A DNA stretch of 64,000 nucleotides from Camelus dromedarius. Its lineage: Eukaryota. The stretch lies in assembly GCF_036321535.1 (NCBI RefSeq), contig NC_087436.1, positions 682,001 to 746,000 on the forward strand, given 5' to 3'. The position numbers and the translations under genes are program-made. Numbering within the stretch: the stretch's first letter is position 1; every line of letters begins with the position of its first letter. Below the pieces are notes generated by a model. That model was not told where the DNA came from and made no database searches. It saw only the letters and a program-made list of their open reading frames with translations. Positions 25,740-39,300 of this stretch are shown piece after piece.

Positions 25740-28700
25740 AGCACCAAGGGAACGGGTTGCAGGAGACACTTTTTCTCTGCTTCTCAGTCTGTTTCCTAGT
25801 GCCGGTTTGAAGTTCCTGCAGTTTTCACTGTAAAACCGAGTTGGAGCTAGTACCTCCCCATATATATGTATGGAATGGAGTTTGCAACTGAAAAGAAACT
25901 TTGTGTTCCCAACAAGCTAGGTGAAGGACGGCTTTCACACACACTTATCTCTCAGAACTGAGCAAGTGGAGAGACGTTCGTTCATCTAGCACCAAGGGAA
26001 CGGGTTGCAGGAGACACTTTTTCTCTGCTTTCTCAGTCTGTTTCCTAGTGCCGGTTTGAAGTTCCTGCAGTTTTCACTGTCAAACCGAGTTGGAGCTTGT
26101 ACCTCCCCATATATATGTATGGAATGGAGTTTGCAACTGAAAAGAAACTTTGTGTTCCCAACAAGCTAGGTGAAGGATGGCTTTCACACACAATTATCTC
26201 TCAGAACACAGCAAGTAGAGAGACGTTCGTTCATCTAGCACCTAGGGAACGGGTTGCAGGAGACACTTTTTCTCTGCTTTCTCAGTCTGTTACCTAGTGC
26301 CGGTTTGAAGTTCCTGCAGTTTTCACTGTCAAACCGAGTTGGAGCTAGTACCTCCCCATATATATGTATGGAATGGAGTTTGCAACTGAAAAGAAACTTT
26401 GTGTTCCCAACAAGCTAGGTGAAGGACGGCTTTCACACACACTTATCTCTCAGAACTGAGCAACTGGAGAGACGTTCGTTCATCTAGCACCAGGGAACGG
26501 GTTGCAGGAGACACTTTTTCTCTGATTCCTCAGTCTGTTTCCTAGTGCCGGTTTGAAGTTCCTGCAGTTTTCACTGTAAAACCGAGTTGGAGCTTGTACC
26601 TCCCCATATATATGTATGGAATGGAGTTTGCAACTGAAAAGAAACTTTGTGTTCCCAACAAGCTAGGTGAAGGACGGCTTTCACACACACTTATCTCTCA
26701 GAACTGAGCAAGTGGAGAGACGTTCGTTCATCTAGCACCAAGGGAACGGGTTGCAGGGGACACTTTTTCTCTGCTTTCTCAGTCTGTTTCCTAGTGCCGG
26801 TTTGAAGTTCCTGCAGTTTTCACTGTAAAGTCGAGTTGGAGCTTCTACCTCCCCATATATATATATGGAATGGATTTTGCAACTGAAAAGAAACTTTGTG
26901 TTCCCAACAAGCTAGGTGAAGTACGGCTTTCACACACACTTATCTCTCAGAACAGAGCAAGTGGAGAGACGTTCGTTCATCTAGCACCAAGGGAACGGGT
27001 TGCAGGAGACACTTTTTCTCTGCTTTATCAGTCTGTTTCCTAGTGCCGGTTTGAAGTTCCTGCAGTTTTCACTGTCAAACCGAGTTGGAGCTAGTACCTC
27101 CCCATATATATGTATGGAATGGAGTTTGCAACTGAAAAGAAACTTTGTGTTCCCAACAAGCTAGGTGAAGGACGGCTTTCACACACACTTATCTCTCAGA
27201 ACTGAGCAAGTGGAGAGACGTTCGTTCATCTAGCACCAAGGGAACGGGTTGCAGGAGACACTTTTTCTCTGCTTTCTCAGTCTGTTTCCTAGTGCCGGTT
27301 TGAAGTTCCTGCAGTTTTCACTGTCAAACCGAGTTGGAGCTTGTACCTCCCCATATATATGTATGGAATGGAGTTTGCAACTGAAAAGAAACTTTGTGTT
27401 CCCAACAAGCTAGGTGAAGGATGGCTTTCACACACAATTATCTCTCAGAACAGAGCAAGTAGAGAGACGTTCGTTCATCTAGCACCTAGGGAACGGGTTG
27501 CAGGAGACACTTTTTCTCTGCTTTCTCAGTCTGTTACCTAGTGCCGGTTTGAAGTTCCTGCAGTTTTCACTGTCAAACCGAGTTGGAGCTAGTACCTCCC
27601 CATATATATGTATGGAATGGAGTTTGCAACTGAAAAGAAACTTTGTGTTCCCAACAAGCTAGGTGAAGGACGGCTTTCACACACACTTATCTCTCAGAAC
27701 TGAGCAAGTGGAGAGACGTTCGTTCATCTAGCACCAGGGAACGGGTTGCAGGAGACACTTATTCTCTGCTTTCTCAGTCTGTTTCCTAGTGCCGGTTTGA
27801 AGTTCCTGCAGTTTTCACTGTCAAACCGAGTTGGAGCTAGTACCTCCCCATATATATGTATGGAATGGAGTTTGCAACTGAAAAGAAACTTTGTGTTCCC
27901 AACAAGCTAGGTGAAGGACGGCTTTCACACACACTAATCTCTCAGAACTGAGCAAGTGGAGAGACGTTCGTTCATCTAGCACCAAGGGAACGGGTTGCAG
28001 GAGACACTTTTTCTCTGCTTCCTCAGTCTGTTTCCTAGTGCCGGTTTGAAGTTCCTGCAGTTTTCACTGTAAAACCGAGTTGGAGCTTCTACCTCCTCAT
28101 ATATATGTATGGAATGGAGTTTGCAACTGAAAAGAAACTTTGTGTTCCCAAAAAGCAAGGTGAAGGACTGCTTTCACACACACTTATCTCTCAGAACTGA
28201 GCAAGTGGAGAGACGTTCGTTCATCTAGAACCAAGGGAACGGGTTGCAGGAGACACTTATTCTCTGCTTTCTCAGTCTGTTTCCTAGTGCCGGTTTGAAG
28301 TTCCTGCAGTTTTCACTGTAAAACCGAGTTGGAGCTTGTACCTCCCCATATATATGTATGGAATGGAGTTTGCAACTGAAAAGAAACTTTGTGTTCCCAA
28401 CAAGCTAGGTGAAGGACGGCTTTCACACACACTTATCTCTCAGAACTGAGCAAGTGGAGAGACGTTCGTTCATCTAGCACCAAGGGAACGGGTTGCAGGA
28501 GACACTTTTTCTCTGCTTCTCAGTCTGTTTCCTAGTGCCGGTTTGAAGTTCCTGCAGTTTTCACTGTAAAACCGAGTTGGAGCTAGTACCTCCCCATATA
28601 TATGTATGGAATGGAGTTTGCAACTGAAAAGAAACTTTGTGTTCCCAACAAGCTAGGTGAAGGACGGCTTTCACACACACTTATCTCTCAGAACTGAGCA

Positions 28701-30350
28701 AGTGGAGAGACGTTCGTTCATCTAGCACCAAGGGAACGGGTTGCAGGAGACACTTTTTCTCTGCTTTCTCAGTCTGTTTCCTAGTGCCGGTTTGAAGTTC
28801 CTGCAGTTTTCACTGTCAAACCGTGTTGGAGCTTGTACCACCCCATATATATGTATGGAATGGAGTTTGCAACTGAAAAGAAACTTTGTGTTCCCAACAA
28901 GCTAGGTGAAGTATGGCTTTCACACACAATTATCTCTCAGAACAGAGCAAGTAGAGAGACGTTCGTTCATCTAGCACCTAGGGAACGGGTTGCAGGAGAC
29001 ACTTTTTCTCTGCTTTCTCAGTCTGTTACCTAGTGCCGGTTTGAAGTTCCTGCAGTTTTCACTGTCAAACCGAGTTGGAGCTAGTACCTCCCCATATATA
29101 TGTATGGAATGGAGTTTGCAACTGAAAAGAAACTTTGTGTTCCCAACAAGCTAGGTGAAGGACGGCTTTCACACACACTTATCTCTCAGAACTGAGCAAG
29201 TGGAGAGACGTTCGTTCATCTAGCACCAGGGAACGGGTTGCAGGAGACACTTTTTCTCTGCTTCCTCAGTCTGTTTCCTAGTGCCGGTTTGAAGTTCCTG
29301 CAGTTTTCACTGTAAAACCGAGTTGGAGCTTGTACCTCCCCATATATATGTATGGAATGGAGTTTGCAACTGAAAAGAAACTTTGTTTTCCCAACAAGCT
29401 AGGTGAAGGACGGCTTTCACACACATTTATCTCTCAGAACTGAGCAAGTGGAGAGACGTTCGTTCATCTAGCACCAAGGGAACGGGTTGCAGGGGACACT
29501 TTTTCTCTGCTTTCTCAGTCTGTTTCCTAGTGCCGGTTTGAAGTTCCTGCAGTTTTCACTGTAAAGTCGAGTTGGAGCTTCTACCTCCCCATATATATAT
29601 ATGGAATGGAGTTTGCAACTGAAAAGAAACTTTGTGTTCCCAACAAGCTAGGTGAAGTACGGCTTTCACACACACTTATCTCTCAGAACAGAGCAAGTGG
29701 AGAGACGTTCGTTCATCTAGCACCAAGGGAACGGGTTGCAGGAGACACTTATTCTCTGCTTTCTCAGTCTGTTTCCTAGTGCCGGTTTGAAGTTCCTGCA
29801 GTTTTCACTGTCAAACCGAGTTGGAGCTAGTACCTCCCCATATATATGTATGGAATGGAGTTTGCAACTGAAAAGAAACTTTGTGTTCCCAACAAGCTAG
29901 GTGAAGGACGGCTTTCACACACACTTATCTCTCAGAACTGAGCAAGTGGAGAGACGTTCGTTCATCTAGCACCAAGGGAACGGGTTGCAGGAGACACTTT
30001 TTCTCTGCTTCCTCAGTCTGTTTCCTAGTGCCGGTTTGAAGTTCCTGCAGTTTTCACTGTAAAACCGAGTTGGAGCTTCTACCTCCTCATATATATGTAT
30101 GGAATGGAGTTTGCAACTGAAAAGAAACTTTGTGTTCCCAAAAAGCAAGGTGAAGGACTGCTTTCACACACACTTATCTCTCAGAACTGAGCAAGTGGAG
30201 AGACGTTCGTTCATCTAGAACCAAGGGAACGGGTTGCAGGAGACACTTATTCTCTGCTTTCTCAGTCTGTTTCCTAGTGCCGGTTTGAAGTTCCTGCAGT
30301 TTTCACTGTAAAACCGAGTTGGAGCTTGTACCTCCCCATATATATGTATC
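25740..30350. repeat. 8-monomer higher-order repeat domain (1,990-bp unit with truncated variants)
   Basis: Offset 1990 = 8 x 249 - 2 (27976/29966). Private variants: atggct+cacaatt+aagtag, cacctagg+gttacc, accagggaac deletion, aaagtcg+gaagtac, acttattc, cctcctc+ggactg, ctagaacc, gcttctcag deletion. Confidence 0.82.
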
Positions 30351-33300
30351 TAATAGAGTTTGCAACTGAAAAGAAACTTTGTGTTCCCAACAAGCAAGGT
30401 GAAGGACGGCTTTCACACACACATATCTCTCAGAACTGAGCAAGTGGAGAGACGTTCGTTCATCTAGCACCAAGGGAACGGGTTGCAGGGGACACTTTTT
30501 CTCTGCTTTCTCAGTCTGTTTCCTAGTGCCGGTTTGAAGTTCCTGCAGTTTTCACTGTCAAACCGATTTGGAGCTAGTACCTCCCCATATATATGTATGG
30601 AATAGAGTTTGCAACTGAAAAGAAACTTTGTGTTCCCAACAAGCAAGGTGAAGGACGGCTTTCACACACACATATCTCTCAGAACTGAGCAAGTGGAGAG
30701 ACGTTCGTTCATCTAGCACCAAGGGAACGGGTTGCAGGAGACACTTTTTCCCTGCTTCCTCAGTCTGTTTCCTAGTGCCGGTTTGAAGTTCCTGCAGTTT
30801 TCACTGTAAAACCGAGTTGGAGCTTGTACCTCCCCATATATATGTATGGAATGGAGTTTGCAACTGAAAAGAAACTCTGTGTTCCCAACAAGCTAGGTGA
30901 AGGACGGCTTTCACACACATTTATCTCTCAGAACAGAGCAAGTGGAGAGACGTTCGTTCATCTAGCACCAAGGGAACGGGTTGCAGGAGACACTTATTCT
31001 CTGCTTTCTCAGTCTGTTTCCTAGTGCCGGTTTGAAGTTCCTGCAGTTTTCACTGTAAAACCGAGTTGGAGCTTCTACCTCCCCATATATATGTATGGAA
31101 TTGAGTTGGCACCTGAAAAGAAACTTTGTGTTTCCAACAAGCTAGGTGAAGGACCGCTTTCACACACACTTATCTCTGAGAACTGAGCAATTGGAGAGAC
31201 GTTCGTTCATGTAGCACAAAGGGAACGGGTTGCAGGAGACACTTATTCTCTGCATTTTCAGTCTGTTTCCTAGTGCCGGTTTGAAGTTCCTGCAGTTTTC
31301 ACTGTCAAACCGAGTTGGAGCTAGTACCTCCCCATATATATTTATGGAATTGAGTTGGCAACTGAAAAGAAACTTTGTGTTCCCAACAAGCTAGGTGAAG
31401 GACGGCTTTCACACACACTTATCTCTCAGAACTGAGCAAGTGGAGAGACGTTTTTTCATGTAGCATCAAGGGAACGGGTTGCAGGTGACACTTTTTCTCT
31501 GCTTTCTCAGTCTGTTTCCTAGTGCCGGTTTGAAGTTCCTGCAGTTTTCACTGTAAAACCGAGTTGGAGCTTGTACCTCACCATATATATGTATGGAATG
31601 GAGTTTGCAACTGAAAAGAAACTTTGTGTTCCCAACAAGCTATGTGAAGGACGGCTTTCACACACACTTATCTCTCAGAACTGAGCAAGTGTAGAGACGT
31701 TCGTTCATGTAGCACAAAGGGAACGGGTTGCAGGAGACACTTTTTCTCTGCTTTCTCAGTCTGTTTCCTAGTGCCGGTTTGAGGTTCCTGCAGTTTTCAC
31801 TCTCAAACCGATTTGGAGCTAGTACCTCCCAATATATATGTATGGAATTGAGTTGGCAACTGAAAAGAAACTTTGTGTTCCCAACAAGATAGGTGAAGGA
31901 CGGCTTTCACACACACTTATCTCTCAGAACTGAGCAAGTGGAGAGACGTTCTTTCATGTAGCACCAAGGAACGGGTTGCAGGAGACACTTTTTCTCTGCT
32001 TCCTCAGTCTGTTTCCTAGTGCCGGTTTGAAGTTCCTGCAGTTTTCACTGTAAAACCGAGTTGGAGCTTGTTCCTCCCCATATATATGTATGGAATGGAG
32101 TTTGCAACTGAATAGAAACTTTGTGTTCCCAACAAGCTAGGTGAAGGACGGCTTTCACACACACTTATCTCTCAGAACTGAGCAAGTGGAGAGACGTTCG
32201 TTAATCTAGCACCAAGCGAACGGGTTGCAGGAGACACTTTTTCTCTGCTTTCTCAGTCTGTTTCCTAGTGCCGGTTTGAAGTTCCTGCAGTTTTCATTGT
32301 CAAACAGATTTGGAGCTAGTATCTCCCCATATATATGTATGGAATGGAGTTTACAACTGAAAAGAAACTTTGTGTTCCCAACAAGCCTGGTGAAGAGCGG
32401 CTTTCACACACACTTATCTCTCAGAACTGAGCAAGTGGAGAGACGTTCGTTCATCCAGCACCAAGGGAACGGGTTGCAGGGGTCACTTTTTCTCTGCTTT
32501 CTCAGTCTGTTTCCTAGTGCCGGTATGAAGTTCCTGCAGTTTTCACTGTCAAACCGAGTTGGAGCTAGTACCTCCCCATATATATGTATGGAATGGAGTT
32601 TGCAACTGAAAAGAAACTGTGTTCCCAACAAGCTAGGTGAAGGACGGCTTTCACACGCACATATCTCTCAGAACTGAGCAAGTGGAGAGACGTTCGTTCA
32701 TCTAGCACCAAGGGAACGGTTTGCAGGAGACACTTTTTCTCTGCTTCCTCAGTCTGTTTCCTAGTGCCGGTTAGAATTTCCTGCAGTTTTCACTGTAAAA
32801 CCGAGTTGGAGCTTGTACCTCCCCATATATACGTATGGAATGGAGTTTGCAACTGAAAAGAAACTTTGTGTTCCCAACAAGCTAGGTGAAGGACGGCTTT
32901 CACACACACTTATCTCTCAGAACTGAGCAAGTGGAGAGACGTTCGTTCATCTAGCACCAAGGGAACGTGTTGCAGGAGACACTTTTTCTCTGCTTTCTCA
33001 GTCTGTTTCCTAGTGCCGGTTTGAAGTTCCTGCAGTTTTCACTGTCAATCCGAGTTGGAGCTAGTACCTCCCCGTATATATGTATGGAATGGAGTTTGCA
33101 ACAGAAAAGAAACTTTGTGTTCCCAACAAGCTAGGTGAAGGACGGCATTCACACACACTTATCTCTCAGAACTAAGCAAGTGGAGAGACGTTCGTTCATC
33201 TAGCACCAAGTGAACGGGTTGCAGGAGACACTTTTTCTCTGCTTTCTCAGTCTGTTTCCTAGTGCCGGTTTGAAGTTCCTGCAGTTTTCACTGTCAAACC

Positions 33301-36300
33301 GAGTTGGAGCTAGTACCTCCCATATATATGTATGGAATGGAGTTTGCAACTGAAAAGAAACTTTGTGTTCCCAACAAGCTAGGTGAAGGACGGCTTTCAC
33401 ACACACTTATCTCTCAGAACTGAGCAAGTGGAGAGACGTTCGTTCATGTAGCACCAAGGGAACGGGTTGCAGGAGACACATTTTCTCTGCTTTCTCAGTC
33501 TGTTTCCTAGTGCCGATTTGAAGTTCCTGCAGTTTTCACTGTAAAACCGAGTTGGAGCTAGTACCTCCCCATATATATGTATGGAATGGAGTTTGCAACT
33601 GAAAAGAAACTTTGTGTTCCCAACAAGCTAGGTGAAGGACGGCTTTCACACACACTTATCTCCCAGAACTGAGCAAGTGGAGAGACGTTCGTTCATCTAG
33701 CACCAAGGGAACGGGTTGCAGGAGACACTTTTTCTCTGCTTTCTCTGTCTGTTTCCTAGTGCCGGTATGATGTTCCTGCAGTTTTCACTGTAAAACCGAG
33801 TTGGAGCTTGTACCTCCCCATATATATGTATGGAATGGAGTTTGAAACTGAAAAGAAACTTTGTGTTCCCAACAAGCTAGGTGAAGGACGGCTTTCACAC
33901 ACACTTATCTCTCAGAACTGAGCAAGTGGAGAGACGTTCGTTCATCTAGCACCAAGGGAACGGTTTGCAGGGGACACTTTTTCTCTGCTTTCTCAGTCTG
34001 TTTCCTAGTGCCGGTTTGAAGTTCCTGCAGTTTTCACTGTCAAACCGAGTTGGAGCTTCTACCTCCCCATATATATGTATGGAATGGAGTTTGCAACTGA
34101 AAAGAAACTTTGTGTTCCCAACAAGCTAGGTGAAGGACGGCTTTCACACACACTTATCTATCAGAAATGAGCAAGTGGAGAGACGTTCGTTCATCTAGCA
34201 CCAAGGGAACGGGTTGCAGGAGACACTTTTTCTCTGCTTTCTCAGTCTGTTTCCTAGTGCCGGTTTGAAGTTCCTGCAGTTTTCACTGTCAAACAGAGTT
34301 GGAGCTAGTACCTCCCCATATATATGTATGGAATGGAGTTTGCAACTGAAAAGAAACTTTGTGTTCCCAACAAGCTAGGTGAAGGACGGCTTTCACACAC
34401 ACTTATCTCTCAGAACAGAGCAAGTGGAGAGACGTTCGTTCATCTAGCACCAAGGGAACGGGTTGCAGGAGACACTTTTTCTCTGCTTTCTCAGTCTGTT
34501 TCCTAGTGCCGTTTTGAAGTTCCTGCAGTTTTCACTGTCAAACCGAGTTGGAGCTAGTACCTCCCCATATATATGTATGGAATGGAGTTTGCAACTGAAA
34601 AGAAACTGTGTTCCCAACAAGCTAGGTGAAGGACGGCTTTCACACGCACATATCTCTCAGAACTGAGCAAGTGGAGAGACGTTCGTTCATCTAGCACCAA
34701 GGGAACGGGTTGCAGGAGACACTTTTTCCCTGCTTCCTCAGTCTGTTTCCTAGTGCCGGTTTGAAGTTCCTGCAGTTTTCACTGTAAAACCGAGTTGGAG
34801 CTTGTACCTCCCCATATATATGTATGGAATTGAGTTGGCAACTGAAAAGAAACTTTGTGTTCCCAACAAGCTAGGTGAACGACGGCTTTCACACACAATT
34901 ATCTCTCAGAACTGAGCAAGTGGAGAGACGTTTTTTCATGTAGCATCAAGGGAACGGGTTGCAGGAGACACTTTTTCTCTGCTTTCTCAGTCTGTTTCCT
35001 AGTGCCGGTTTGAGGTTCCTGCAGTTTTCACTGTAAAACCGAGTTGGAGCTTGTACCTCACCATATATATGTATGGAATGGAGTTTGCAACTGAAAAGAA
35101 ACTTTGTGTTCCCAACAAGCTATGTGAAGGACGGCTTTCACACACACTTATCTCTCAGAACAGAGCAAGTGGAGAGACGTTCGTTCATGTAGCACAAAGG
35201 GAACGGGTTGCATGAGACACTTTTTCTCTGCTTTCTCAGTCTGTTTCCTAGTGCCGGTTTGAGGTTCCTGCAGTTTTCACTCTCAAACCGATTTGGAGCT
35301 AGTACCTACCAATATATATGTATGGAATTGAGATGGCAACTGAAAAGAAACTTTGTGTTCCCAACAAGATAGGTGAAGGACGGCTTTCACACACACTTAT
35401 CTCTCAGAACTGAGCAAGTGGAGAGACGTTCTTTCATGTAGCACCAAGGAACGGGTTGCAGGAGACACTTTTTCTCTGCTTCCTCAGTCTGTTTCCTAGT
35501 GCCGGTTTGAAGTTCCTGCAGTTTTCACTGTAAAACCGAGTTGGAGCTTGTACCTCCCCATATATATGTATGGAATGGAGTTTGCAACTGAATAGAAACT
35601 TTGTGTTCCCAACAAGCTAGGTGAAGGACGGCTTTCACACACACTTATCTCTCAGAACTGAGCAAGTGGAGAGACTTTCGTTAATCTAGCACCAAGCGAA
35701 CGGGTTGCAGGAGACACTTTTTCTCTGCTTTCTCAGTCTGTTTCCTAGTGCCGGTTTGAAGTTCCTGCAGTTTTCATTGTCAAACAGATTTGGAGCTAGT
35801 ATCTCCCCATATATATGTATGGAATGGAGTTTACAACTGAAAAGAAACTTTGTGTTCCCAACAAGCCTGGTGAAGAGCGGCTTTCACACACACTTATCTC
35901 TCAGAACTGAGCAAGTGGAGAGACGTTCGTTCATCCAGCACCAAGGGAACGGGTTGCAGGAGACACTTTTTCTCTGCTTTCTCAGTCTGTTTCCTAGTGC
36001 CGGTATGAAGTTCCTGCAGTTTTCACTGTCAAACCGAGTTGGAGCTAGTACCTCCCCATATATATGTATGGAATGGAGTTTGCAACTGAAAAGAAACTGT
36101 GTTCCCAACAAGCTAGGTGAAGGACGGCTTTCACACGCACATATCTCTCAGAACTGAGCAAGTGGAGAGACGTTCGTTCATCTAGCACCAAGGGAACGGG
36201 TTGCAGGAGACACTTTTTCTCTGCTTCCTCAGTCTGTTTCCTAGTGCCGGTTAGAATTTCCTGCAGTTTTCACTGTAAAACCGAGTTGGAGCTTGTACCT

Positions 36301-39300
36301 CCCCATATATATGTATGGAATGGAGTTTGCAACTGAAAAGAAACTTTGTGTTCCCAACAAGCTAGGTGAAGGACGGCTTTCACACGCACATATCTCTCAG
36401 AACTGAGCAAGTGGAGAGACGTTCGTTCATCTAGCACCAAGGGAACGGGTTGCAGGAGACACTTTTTCTCTGCTTTCTCTGTCTGTTTCCTAGTGCCGGT
36501 ATGATGTTCCTGCAGTTTTCACTGTAAAACCGAGTTGGAGCTTGTACCTCCCCATATATATGTATGGAATGGAGTTTGCAACTGAAAAGAAACTTTGTGT
36601 TCCCAACAAGCTAGGTGAAGGACGGCTTTCACACACACTTATCTCTCAGAACTGAGCAAGTGGAGAGACGTTCGTTCATCTAGCACCAAGGGAACGGGTT
36701 GCAGGGGACACTTTTTCTCTGCTTTCTCAGTCTGTTTCCTAGTGCCGGTTTGAAGTTCCTGCAGTTTTCACTGTCAAACCGAGTTGGAGCTTCTACCTCC
36801 CCATATATATGTATGGAATGGAGTTTGCAACTGAAAAGAAACTTTGTGTTCCCAACAAGCTAGGTGAAGGACGGCTTTCACACACACTTATCTATCAGAA
36901 ATGAGCAAGTGGAGAGACGTTCGTTCATCTAGCACCAAGGGAACGGGTTGCAGGAGACACTTTTTCTCTGCTTCCTCAGTCTGTTTCCTAGTGCCGGTTT
37001 GAAGTTCCTGCAGTTTTCACTGTCAAACCGAGTTGGAGCTAGTACCTCCCCATATATATGTATGGAATGGAGTTTGCAACTGAAAAGAAACTTTGTGTTC
37101 CCAACAAGCTAGGTGAAGGACGGCTTTCACACACACTTATCTCTCAGGACAGAGCAAGTGGAGAGACGTTCGTTCATCTAGCACCAAGGGAACGGGTTGC
37201 AGGAGACACTTTTTCTCTGCTTTCTCAGTCTGTTTCCTAGTGCCGTTTTGAAGTTCCTGCAGTTTTCACTGTCAAACCGAGTTGGAGCTAGTACCTCCCC
37301 ATATATATGTATGGAATGGAGTTTGCAACTGAAAAGAAACTGTGTTCCCAACAAGCTAGGTGAAGGACGGCTTTCACACGCACATATCTCTCAGAACTGA
37401 GCAAGTGGAGAGACGTTCGTTCATCTAGCACCAAGGGAACGGGTTGCAGGAGACACTTTTTCCCTGCTTCCTCAGTCTGTTTCCTAGTGCCGGTTTGAAG
37501 TTCCTGCAGTTTTCACTGTAAAACCGAGTTGGAGCTTGTACCTCCCCATATATATGTATGGAATTGAGTTGGCAACTGAAAAGAAACTTTGTGTTCCCAA
37601 CAAGCTAGGTGAAGGACGGCTTTCACACACAATTATCTCTCAGAACTGAGCAAGTGGAGAGACGTTTTTTCATGTAGCATCAAGGGAACTGGTTGCAGGA
37701 GACACTTTTTCTCTGCTTTCTCAGTCTGTTTCCTAGTGCCGGTTTGAAGTTCCTGCAGTTTTCACTGTAAAACCGAGTTGGAGCTTGTACCTCACCATAT
37801 ATATGTATGGAATGGAGTTTGCAACTGAAAAGAAACTTTGTGTTCCCAACAAGCTATGTGAAGGACGGCTTTCACACACACTTATCTCTCAGAACAGAGC
37901 AAGTGGAGAGACGTTCGTTCATGTAGCACAAAGGGAACGGGTTGCAGGAGACACTTTTTCTCTGCTTTCTCAGTCTGTTTCCTAGTGCCGGTTTGAGGTT
38001 CCTGCAGTTTTCACTCTCAAACCGATTTGGAGCTACTACCTCCCAATATATATGTATGGAATTGAGATGGCAACTGAAAAGAAACTTTGTGTTCCCAACA
38101 AGATAGGTGAAGGACGGCTTTCACACACACTTATCTCTCAGAACTGAGCAAGTGGAGAGACGTTCTTTCATGTAGCACCAAGGAACGGGTTGCAGGAGAC
38201 ACTTTTTCTCTGCTTCCTCAGTCTGTTTCCTAGTGCCGGTTTGAAGTTCCTGCAGTTTTCACTGTAAAACCGAGTTGGAGCTTGTACCTCCCCATATATA
38301 TGTATGGAATGGAGTTTGCAACTGAATAGAAACTTTGTGTTCCCAACAAGCTAGGTGAAGGACGGCTTTCACACACACTTATCTCTCAGAACTGAGCAAG
38401 TGGAGAGACGTTCGTTAATCTAGCACCAAGCGAACGGGTTGCAGGAGACACTTTTTCTCTGCTTTCTCAGTCTGTTTCCTAGTGCCGGTTTGAAGTTCCT
38501 GCAGTTTTCATTGTCAAACAGATTTGGAGCTAGTATCTCCCCATATATATGTATGGAATGGAGTTTACAACTGAAAAGAAACTTTGTGTTCCCAACAAGC
38601 CTGGTGAAGAGCGGCTTTCACACACACTTATCTCTCAGAACTGAGCAAGTGGAGAGACGTTCGTTCATCCAGCACCAAGGGAACGGGTTGCAGGAGACAC
38701 TTTTTCTCTGCTTTCTCAGTCTGTTTCCTAGTGCCGGTATGAAGTTCCTGCAGTTTTCACTGTCAAACCGAGTTGGAGCTAGTACCTCCCCATATATATG
38801 TATGGAATGGAGTTTGCAACTGAAAAGAAACTGTGTTCCCAACAAGCTAGGTGAAGGACGGCTTTCACACGCACATATCTCTCAGAACTGAGCAAGTGGA
38901 GAGACGTTCGTTCATCTAGCACCAAGGGAACGGGTTGCAGGAGACACTTTTTCTCTGCTTCCTCAGTCTGTTTCCTAGTGCCGGTTAGAATTTCCTGCAG
39001 TTTTCACTGTAAAACCGAGTTGGAGCCTGTACCTCCCCATATATATGTATGGAATGGAGTTTGCAACTGAAAAGAAACTTTGTGTTCCCAACAAGCTAGG
39101 TGAAGGACGGCTTTCACACGCACATATCTCTCAGAACTGAGCAAGTGGAGAGACGTTCGTTCATCTAGCACCAAGGGAACGGGTTGCAGGGGACACTTTT
39201 TCTCTGCTTTCTCAGTCTGTTTCCTAGTGCCGGTTTGAAGTTCCTGCAGTTTTCACTGTAAAACCGAGTTGGAGCTTCTACCTCCCCATATATATGTATG

